Positions 44,761 to 52,289 of a DNA stretch of 64,000 nt are shown one piece after another. The notes below the pieces were generated by a model that saw only the letters and a list, made by a program, of their open reading frames with translations, did no database searches and had not been told where the DNA came from. The stretch's first letter is position 1. Every line of letters begins with the position of its first letter. A program made the translations under genes and the position numbers. Origin of the DNA: an uncultured Candidatus Saccharibacteria bacterium (lineage in GTDB: Bacteria; Patescibacteriota; Minisyncoccia; Phycocordibacterales; UBA2100); the NCBI GenBank assembly GCA_964623775.1, contig CAZUVH010000001.1, positions 284,784 to 348,783 on the forward strand, written 5' to 3'.

Positions 44761-46035
44761 ATGAAATATCCAGCGCACCACTTCGTAAAAACCGGACACA
44801 TCACGCATTGCCAGGTATGCAATGGCAAAAAGCTTCACACCATTTTGGATCTCGGTCACCAGCCACTGTGCGACACGCTTCTTACGGAAAAGACGCTCCA
44901 TGAGCCCGAAAAGACATATCCGCTCCGCATGATCTGGTGCGAGAGCTGCACCAACGTCCAGATTGATTACTGCGTCGACGGAAAAGAGGTCTACCACCCG
45001 AAGTATCCTTATAAAAGCGGTGTCACCAAAGAGCTCGTCGCATACCAAGTCAAAATAGCGGAAGGTCTCATCAAAAAATTCGGGTTGAAAAAAGGCGACC
45101 TCGTCGTTGATGTCGGATCCAATGACGGGACGCTTCTCAGTGGTTTCAGGGGCACGGGCGTCAAATTTCTCGGTGTTGAGCCTACTGATATCGCAAAAAT
45201 TGCACGAAAGAACGGTATTCCGACGGTGCAAGCCTTTTTCGACATTAAAACTGCGCGTGAAATAAAGAAAAAGCATGGGCCCGCGTCGGTTGTCGTGACG
45301 ACAAACACGTTTGCTCACATGCAGACACTCGGCGAATTTATCATGGGTGCCCACACGCTCCTTAAGAACGATGGCGTGTTCGTCGCCGAGACACATTATC
45401 TTCTCAACGTCATTGAAGGCGGACAGTTCGATACGATCTATCACGAACACTTGCGCACCTATTGCCTGCGCTCCCTCGTGAGGCTTTTTGATCAATACGA
45501 TTTCACCGTGATCGACGTCGAGCGGGGAGACAGATATGGCGGCAATATCCGCGTGTACGTGCAGAAGGGTAAGGGAAGAAAGGTCTCAAAGGCAGTCGAA
45601 GATTTGCTTGCTCTTGAGAAAAAGTCCGGTCTAGACAAGCTTTCCACCTACACCGTTTTCGCCGATCGCGTGAAAAAGGCGCGGCTGCATTTCATGGACT
45701 TTCTGATTCAGACAAAAGGGGCTGGGAAATCAATTGTAGGCAACTCATGTCCTGGCCGGTGCGCGACACTCCTTAATTATTACGGTGTCGACCGCGAAAT
45801 GATCCCGTATCTCGCGGAACAGCCTGCCTCGCTGAAGCTCGGGCACTATGCCCCCGGCACACACATACCAGTCGTTAATAATCAACGTCTTATCGACGAG
45901 CAACCTGATTACGTAGTGCTCATGGCATGGCACTATGCGCAGCCGATCATGGAACAATTGAAGGCACGCGGACTCCGGTCAGATTTTGTCATCCCACTGC
46001 CTGATTTTCGCATTGTGAAAAATTCGGAAGTATAG
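44761..46035 (+). CDS. NDP-hexose C-methyltransferase (TylCIII-like)
   Basis: The N-terminal zinc ribbon is CQVCNG…CESC. Motif I is LVVDVGSNDGTLL. The C-terminal C-methyltransferase domain is GKSIVGNSCPGRCATLLNYYGV…YVVLMAWHY. Confidence 0.8.
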   Translation: MKYPAHHFVKTGHITHCQVCNGKKLHTILDLGHQPLCDTLLTEKTLHEPEKTYPLRMIWCESCTNVQIDYCVDGKEVYHPKYPYKSGVTKELVAYQVKIAEGLIKKFGLKKGDLVVDVGSNDGTLLSGFRGTGVKFLGVEPTDIAKIARKNGIPTVQAFFDIKTAREIKKKHGPASVVVTTNTFAHMQTLGEFIMGAHTLLKNDGVFVAETHYLLNVIEGGQFDTIYHEHLRTYCLRSLVRLFDQYDFTVIDVERGDRYGGNIRVYVQKGKGRKVSKAVEDLLALEKKSGLDKLSTYTVFADRVKKARLHFMDFLIQTKGAGKSIVGNSCPGRCATLLNYYGVDREMIPYLAEQPASLKLGHYAPGTHIPVVNNQRLIDEQPDYVVLMAWHYAQPIMEQLKARGLRSDFVIPLPDFRIVKNSEV

Positions 46036-46042
46036 TGTCAGT

Positions 46043-46966
46043 ATGGCGAGTATCCGTGTTGCCGTGCTCGGCGCGAGCGGTATCGGAAGATTCCATGTCA
46101 GGGAATTTTTGCGCGCAGGCACCGATGTTGTTTCTATTCTCGGGAGTTCCTCCGAGAGCGCGCAAAATACTGCTACTGCGATTGCGAAGGAATTTGGTAC
46201 GCACCCTCGCGCGTATTCAGATCTCGACACGCTTCTCGAAGAGGAGAAACTCGATGCGGTTTCGATTTGTACTCCGCCACGCCTACATTTTGAGCAGATT
46301 AAACAGTGTCTAAATGCGAAGCTGCATGTTCTTTGCGAGAAGCCCCTTGTGTACGATGGATCGTCCGATACGGGTCCGCAGATCGAAAAACTCTTTCGTC
46401 TCGCGCAGAATCAAGACCGTATTCTTTCCGTAAACACCCAATGGCCCTCGGTTCTCCCGGTGGTATCGCAGTTTGTTGATCTTTCGGATGTGAAAAGTTT
46501 TTCATTTTCATCGCAGCCTGGTGAAGCGGGCGTTGAAATGCTTTTCGATCATCTGCCCCATGCGAATAGCATGCTTGTAAAAATGATTCCAAGAGGTCGA
46601 GTTGCCGATATCTCTTTCGAGATGAAATCATCTAAGGCTATATCGGTTTCGTTCGACTACCATGCAGACGGTTCGGTGTGTCATGTGAGCTATTTATTCC
46701 AGTTCAAAAAAGAGAGACCACGTGATCTTGCGTTTGCTATCAACGACGTGACGTTTGAGCGAGAAATCAAGGGAGGGTATTCGCAGGCGCTCGTAGTAAA
46801 CGGGGAAGCAGTCGCGATAGAAGATCCGTTCAAAACGTCCATCAGTAAATTCGTGAGCGCGATACAAGGAGAAGGAGCGCCCCTCGTTAGCGAGAGGGAA
46901 ATTATTGAGAATGCACACCTACAAGATGCCCTTGTGGCTGCATTCATGACACAATTTGACCAATAG
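46043..46966 (+). CDS. Gfo/Idh/MocA family NAD(P)-dependent oxidoreductase
   Basis: The sequence is IRVAVLGASGIGRFHVREF…AVSICTPPRLHFEQIKQCLNAKLHVLCEKPL. Confidence 0.8.
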   Translation: MASIRVAVLGASGIGRFHVREFLRAGTDVVSILGSSSESAQNTATAIAKEFGTHPRAYSDLDTLLEEEKLDAVSICTPPRLHFEQIKQCLNAKLHVLCEKPLVYDGSSDTGPQIEKLFRLAQNQDRILSVNTQWPSVLPVVSQFVDLSDVKSFSFSSQPGEAGVEMLFDHLPHANSMLVKMIPRGRVADISFEMKSSKAISVSFDYHADGSVCHVSYLFQFKKERPRDLAFAINDVTFEREIKGGYSQALVVNGEAVAIEDPFKTSISKFVSAIQGEGAPLVSEREIIENAHLQDALVAAFMTQFDQ

Positions 46967-47005
46967 TGAATCGGCGATGATACTATTCGGACTTCACGCA
47001 TTTTT

Positions 47006-47863
47006 ATGACCATCACACCCGAGTTGGAAAAAATCCTTGCATGTCCGCACTGCCGTGCCCGCCTACAGACATCCGCAGCAAGTTATATATGCAACACGTG
47101 CGGCAAGGAATATCGAAAGGCGGCGAGTCAGGCCATTTTTGAGACAATAAAATCGAGCGAAAGTAAGGAAGCGGGCGATACACTTTTTTTTACGGTCAAA
47201 AATTTCTTCAAGGCACACGTACCTTGGATTTTTCGGATGGTGTACGAGATCGTGGCGATCGACGTGGGGCCGAAGGCACGCAAACTCGTAGAAAAACTTC
47301 CGGAGAATGCCGTCATTGTAAATGTGGGTTCCGGCGTGAGACATGTCCATCCTCGCGTCATTAATCTCGACCTCAATATGGAGCAAGGCGTCGATCTCGT
47401 CGCAAGTGCGTACCAACTCCCATTCCAAAATGAAAGTGTGGATCTCGTGATCTCTGAGTCCATGCTTGAGCACCTCGAACATCCGGAAATTGCTGTTCAG
47501 GAAATGCATCGCGTTTTAAAGAAAAGTGGCAGAGTGTATATCCTGACACCCTTTATGGTCGGATTTCATTCCTCCCCGAACGATTTTTATCGGTGGACAA
47601 TTCCGGGTATGAAGATCTTTTTGAAGGACTTTGAGGTCACTGAGACGGGGGTTGCCGTGGGGCCGACGTGTGCCCTTACATGGATGATGCGTGAGTGGCT
47701 CGCGATCCTTCTCTCATTTGGTATCAGACCCCTCTACCAAGTATGGTCGCTCTTATTTTTGATACTTTTACTGCCTCTAAACGTCCTCGACCTAGTCCTT
47801 TCTCGGTACAGTTTTAGCTCCCAGATCGCAATGTCCTACTTTTGGATCGCGAGGAAGAAGTAG
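47006..47863 (+). CDS. class I SAM-dependent methyltransferase with N-terminal Trm112-like zinc ribbon and C-terminal TM helices
   Basis: The N-terminus has CPHCRARL…CNTCG. The MTase core is VNVGSGVRH…VDLVISESMLEHLEHP…LKKSGRVYI. The C-terminus is hydrophobic (SLLFLILLLPLNVLDLVL). Confidence 0.75.
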   Translation: MTITPELEKILACPHCRARLQTSAASYICNTCGKEYRKAASQAIFETIKSSESKEAGDTLFFTVKNFFKAHVPWIFRMVYEIVAIDVGPKARKLVEKLPENAVIVNVGSGVRHVHPRVINLDLNMEQGVDLVASAYQLPFQNESVDLVISESMLEHLEHPEIAVQEMHRVLKKSGRVYILTPFMVGFHSSPNDFYRWTIPGMKIFLKDFEVTETGVAVGPTCALTWMMREWLAILLSFGIRPLYQVWSLLFLILLLPLNVLDLVLSRYSFSSQIAMSYFWIARKK

Positions 47864-47880
47864 GGGTATAATGCGACATC

Positions 47881-48732
47881 ATGAATTCGTGCACCATCTG
47901 TGGCTCACAAGACTTTGTACCGTTTAGTACGAAAAATGGCCACAGCATTATTCGCTGCACCGCTTGCGATCTCATATTCGTGTATCCAATACTCGCAGCT
48001 CCGCGAGAAATATATGACCGCAATTATTTCGATGGAGCGGCGAACGGATTTGGCTATACAAATTACGACGAGGACAAGGAGCCAATGCGGCCTGTTTTTT
48101 CAAAATATATTGAAATAATTGATGAGGAGCTTGCGGGGGAAAAGGGCAGGCTGCTTGATGTGGGTGCAGCGACAGGTTTTTTTGTAGCGATGGCTCAAGA
48201 AGCGGGGTATGAGGCGGAGGGGGTCGACATTTCCGAGCACGCTGCCGGAGTGGGCCGGGCAAAAGGCCGCAAAGTGCATGCGGGCACAATCGAGGACATA
48301 CATGGCGTGTACGACTGCATTACAATGCTTGATCTCATCGAGCACGTACCTGATCCGCGATCTGTCATAAAAAAAGCGGCTGCACTTTTGAGAAGCGGGG
48401 GAGTGCTTGTGATTAATGCACCAGACGCGGGAAGTCTGTTGGCCCGAATGCTCGGTAAGCGTTGGCACTTGATTTCCCCACCTGAGCATCTCCATTATTT
48501 CAATCGAAATAACATGCGAAGACTTCTTGAGGAAGAGGGTTTCGAGGTCGTCCGTATCACCACGATCGGAAAATGGTTCACGCTCAAGTACATTTTCAAG
48601 GTGCTTGGTCGGAGCACGCATATCGGGCTGTTTCAGAAAATGAGTGCACTTTTTTCCCATTGGACGCTTGCACGATTTTCGATACCTCTCAATTTGCGCG
48701 ACAATATGTTTGTGATAGCTAAACGATCATGA
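47881..48732 (+). CDS. class I SAM-dependent methyltransferase with N-terminal zinc ribbon
   Basis: The N-terminus has CTICGS…CTACD. Motif I is LLDVGAATGFF, followed by …CITMLDLIEHVPDP…LLRSGGVLVI. Confidence 0.75.
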   Translation: MNSCTICGSQDFVPFSTKNGHSIIRCTACDLIFVYPILAAPREIYDRNYFDGAANGFGYTNYDEDKEPMRPVFSKYIEIIDEELAGEKGRLLDVGAATGFFVAMAQEAGYEAEGVDISEHAAGVGRAKGRKVHAGTIEDIHGVYDCITMLDLIEHVPDPRSVIKKAAALLRSGGVLVINAPDAGSLLARMLGKRWHLISPPEHLHYFNRNNMRRLLEEEGFEVVRITTIGKWFTLKYIFKVLGRSTHIGLFQKMSALFSHWTLARFSIPLNLRDNMFVIAKRS

Positions 48733-50486
48733 TCCGAATCTTGCGAGACCGCATACTTCTCATCACTGTTTTTGTAACGGTGCTGCTTTCGCTTGTGCCC
48801 CTCGTCCAATATCCTTCGTCGGGGAGCAGTTTTGAAGGATTTGTGTATGGGCGCTACATGGACTATTACTACACATCAGTGGCGCGAGAAGTGTATGACG
48901 GGTATCCGCTTCTAGGGAACCCGTTTTTTTATGAGCATAGGGAGTCAATAGCGCCTGCAATGATCCTCCCTTTTCAGATATATGCACTGCCATTGTTTGC
49001 GGGCTTCTCGCTTGCCGCGACCTCCATTTTCAATTTCAGTCTCTGGAGCGTGATTTTCGTGGCCGCCCTCTATCTTATCTTGAGACGACTCACCATTCCT
49101 TCAATATGGGCCGCTGTTGGGAGCGTGTTTGTGTATCTCATCATGTATGGACAGCTTATCCGGGTGGTCTCCATGGAAATGGTGCACCCCGTGTTTCTGC
49201 TTTTCATACTACTTTTCTTTTATTGGTGGGATAAGCCCGGAAAGTATCGCGACACAATCCTCTCACTCGTCATCGCATTCAGTATTTATATATACCCCTA
49301 CTTGCTGCACGTAATTTTCTGGTTCCTAATTATCGTCTTCGGCCAGCTGCTCTATGTGCGTGACAGTGAACGGACCAGGCGTGCGCTCATGGTTGGATTA
49401 ATTACTACGGCGCTCTGCATACCATTCCTGGTGATCACCTGGATCCAGGTGAATAATCCGTATTACGTCGAGTCACTGCTCCGTATCGGCTTAGGGTACA
49501 CACATATACCCTCAGGAGAGGTTGTGCGCGGTGCTATGCGTATATTCCCGATGATCGCGCTTGCGCTCTTGAGCTGGGTGTGGATCTTTCGCAAGAAAAA
49601 TCTCTCAAGTGCCCCGCACCTTTTTCATCTCCTTATTCTTGGAATCGCGATATGGATATCATCCACTGAGAATGTGATCACGGGTCTCGATCTGGAGACG
49701 GCGTCGCATGTCGAGAGGTTCGTCATGCTCTGGTTTTCGATCATGTCGGTCGTTGCTTTGTATTTTCTGTATAGTGCGCGACGCGACATCGCATTCATGA
49801 GTAGTGGTAAAAAGATCACACTCGGACTTCTTGCGGCACTCGTTTTTCTACTTGCGATACCGTATGTAAAAAAAATTGATCCGGCCATACGAGACGCTGA
49901 TGCGAATCGCCTGAAAGCCCAGAAGGCCACGGCAGTGCTACCTGCCTTGCGGTGGCTTGATGCCAGCGCGAAAGGCGCTGTAGTCTGGACGAACCCAGAG
50001 ACCGACCTCAATGCTCATGTGTCGGTGCTCACGACGCAATATACTCTTTTCGGCACCGGTCATTTACATCTCATGCCCACGAGGGACGTTGAAGATCGGT
50101 ATCTCATCGCGCACTCGGCGGGGGAAGTTACACTCGAAAGTATTACAGCTGACGTGTGGGATCACAGTGGTGTAGGTGCCGCGATTGATACACCAAATAC
50201 ACTCAATCGCAGTGTAAAGTTGTGCCGACTTCTCCGACTTCACTATTTTGGTCGCGAGTGTGGCAATCTCACGAATGCGCGGATACTCTATGCAGAGAAT
50301 TATGCGGCCATGTATAACAGGTTTACGAATGAGATTCGGCCACATCTTGCAGAGCAACTTAAAAAATACCACGTCGACTATGTCATTCGAGATACACAAA
50401 CCGACAACGACTTTCATCCCGAGCGTATGGTAAAAATGGAGCTTGTGTATTCAGACGACCGTTTTGAAATCTACAAGACAATATAG
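48729..50486 (+). CDS. polytopic membrane protein with C-terminal soluble domain (candidate GT-C-fold glycosyltransferase)
   Basis: The 585-aa protein has ~10–12 TM segments. Its first extracytoplasmic loop carries the acidic/aromatic motif AREVYDGYPLLGNPFFYEH. The C-terminal ~200 aa are hydrophilic. It is a paralog of the next gene. Confidence 0.4.
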   Translation: MIRILRDRILLITVFVTVLLSLVPLVQYPSSGSSFEGFVYGRYMDYYYTSVAREVYDGYPLLGNPFFYEHRESIAPAMILPFQIYALPLFAGFSLAATSIFNFSLWSVIFVAALYLILRRLTIPSIWAAVGSVFVYLIMYGQLIRVVSMEMVHPVFLLFILLFFYWWDKPGKYRDTILSLVIAFSIYIYPYLLHVIFWFLIIVFGQLLYVRDSERTRRALMVGLITTALCIPFLVITWIQVNNPYYVESLLRIGLGYTHIPSGEVVRGAMRIFPMIALALLSWVWIFRKKNLSSAPHLFHLLILGIAIWISSTENVITGLDLETASHVERFVMLWFSIMSVVALYFLYSARRDIAFMSSGKKITLGLLAALVFLLAIPYVKKIDPAIRDADANRLKAQKATAVLPALRWLDASAKGAVVWTNPETDLNAHVSVLTTQYTLFGTGHLHLMPTRDVEDRYLIAHSAGEVTLESITADVWDHSGVGAAIDTPNTLNRSVKLCRLLRLHYFGRECGNLTNARILYAENYAAMYNRFTNEIRPHLAEQLKKYHVDYVIRDTQTDNDFHPERMVKMELVYSDDRFEIYKTI

Positions 50487-50490
50487 GCCT

Positions 50491-52251
50491 ATGAAGGAAT
50501 TTCTAAAAACGCACAGGATCGCGATGCTCCTCACGCTATTTGTCGGAACTGTCATAGGATTACCCTCGATTCTCGCTCCGCTTGCGATCGGAAGTGCCTA
50601 TCTAGGCATCCCGTTTCTCCCCCTCAGTGATGAATATTTTTACATGTCTCGCATTCGCGAAGTGCTCGACGGTCACCTGTGGACAAATGCGCCGTACGTC
50701 TACGAGTACAAAAGCCTTCTCTCGCCTACATTTCCGGTCAATGAGTGGCTCTATGCAATCCCCGCACTCGTGTTTGGCCTGATCCCCGTCGTAGTAGCGA
50801 GCAAGTTTGTTCTGCCCGCGCTTTTATTTGTATTTTCGTATTTTCTTTTCCTCAGCGTATTCAGACGGGACGATGAGACTACCAGGTGGAGCGCGATTGC
50901 CGGCTCTCTCGTTATTGTATTGGGAACAGAATTTGTTAATTACAGTTATGTTTTCGGCATCTTGGATGGAACGAAGTATCCGATTGAAAATGGATGGACA
51001 CGACTGGTTAACCCGGTAATGGGCGGCGTGCAATTGCTTGCCTTTTTGTTTCTCATTGCAGAAGTGTGGAACCGAGGATGGCGCTATGCGCATATTGCAG
51101 CGGGCATAGTGCTTGCGGGCATGGTCGGGTATTTCTTCAGTTTTGGTCTGGCCCTGTCCATGCTTGCGACACTTTTCCTTTTTGCGCTTGCGAGAAAAGA
51201 ATACAATGTCGCTCGTGCCCTTTTCACGACGGGGGCACTCTCCATTTTTCTCGACGCGTGGTGGTGGTACAAGATGCTCTTTTCGCTCGGTGGGGAAGAG
51301 GGGGCGGCACTGGCCATGCGCAACGGCATGTTTTTCACGCATGAGCCCGTTCTCAACAAAGCACTACTTGCATCCACTGTCGTTGTCGGCGCACTCTTTT
51401 GCTATGTGTACTTTTTCTTGCGCAGGCGCGAGTACATTCGAGAGTATCTCTTTGCTTTCGCCCTCGTCGTGGCTGGCTGGATTGCGTTTAATGAGCAGGT
51501 AATAACGGGGCGACAGGTCTGGCACCATCACTTTATGCAATACACAGTGCCAATGGGGGTTGCGGCAATAATAATAGCGGGATACTACACATTCAGGCAT
51601 CTGAGGTATCTATGGATCTTCGGTACCGGAAGTCTTGCGACCGTTTGCATCGCCTACGGTCTTTATGCCGTCACTGCATACACAGCACCATGGGATATAG
51701 ATCGTCATATCCATGTTCAACGTGCAGCACTTTATACGACATGGTTCCAGCAGAATGCACCCAAAGATTGTGTGGTCCTCGCGAACCCAAACGATATCGA
51801 TGTGTTCGATGAGGAGCGTCTCATCCCCACGTTCTCGCATTGCAATACGTATACCGTTGATTTCGTCCCATTCGGAATTACGCGAGAACGTATCGAGCAC
51901 AATTATTTATTACAACTGCGTATGCGTGGGGTAAGCGCAGCGGGCGTCCGTGAACATCTTTTGGGGCAAGGTGTATGGATTCGTCAGTATTTTTCTTCAG
52001 ATTGGCACCAGGTCTTTGGCTATGAGCGTGGCATGGAGCCGTGGATTCTTGATCGTATTGATCGACTTACGGAGGCATATCAGCATTTCATGAAAGTACC
52101 GCTCGAAACTCAGATCAAGAAATATCGTGTCGACTACATCCTTTCGGAAGGACCACTTCCGAGAAAATTGCTTGCCGAACTACCAGATCTCAAGCTCGTT
52201 GCTTCTCCCGGCATGTACCGCATCTATCAATTTACAGAGTCCGGAGAGTAG
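50491..52251 (+). CDS. polytopic membrane protein, paralog of 48729–50486 (candidate GT-C-fold glycosyltransferase)
   Basis: It shares the loop motif IREVLDGHLWTNAPYVYEY and a related C-terminal tail (KYRVDYILSEG…YRIYQF vs KYHVDYVIRDT…FEIYKT). The start is at MKEFLK. Confidence 0.4.
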   Translation: MKEFLKTHRIAMLLTLFVGTVIGLPSILAPLAIGSAYLGIPFLPLSDEYFYMSRIREVLDGHLWTNAPYVYEYKSLLSPTFPVNEWLYAIPALVFGLIPVVVASKFVLPALLFVFSYFLFLSVFRRDDETTRWSAIAGSLVIVLGTEFVNYSYVFGILDGTKYPIENGWTRLVNPVMGGVQLLAFLFLIAEVWNRGWRYAHIAAGIVLAGMVGYFFSFGLALSMLATLFLFALARKEYNVARALFTTGALSIFLDAWWWYKMLFSLGGEEGAALAMRNGMFFTHEPVLNKALLASTVVVGALFCYVYFFLRRREYIREYLFAFALVVAGWIAFNEQVITGRQVWHHHFMQYTVPMGVAAIIIAGYYTFRHLRYLWIFGTGSLATVCIAYGLYAVTAYTAPWDIDRHIHVQRAALYTTWFQQNAPKDCVVLANPNDIDVFDEERLIPTFSHCNTYTVDFVPFGITRERIEHNYLLQLRMRGVSAAGVREHLLGQGVWIRQYFSSDWHQVFGYERGMEPWILDRIDRLTEAYQHFMKVPLETQIKKYRVDYILSEGPLPRKLLAELPDLKLVASPGMYRIYQFTESGE

Positions 52252-52289
52252 TTGGACGCTTTCAGGGGGCGGGGTACAATGTCGCCCAT

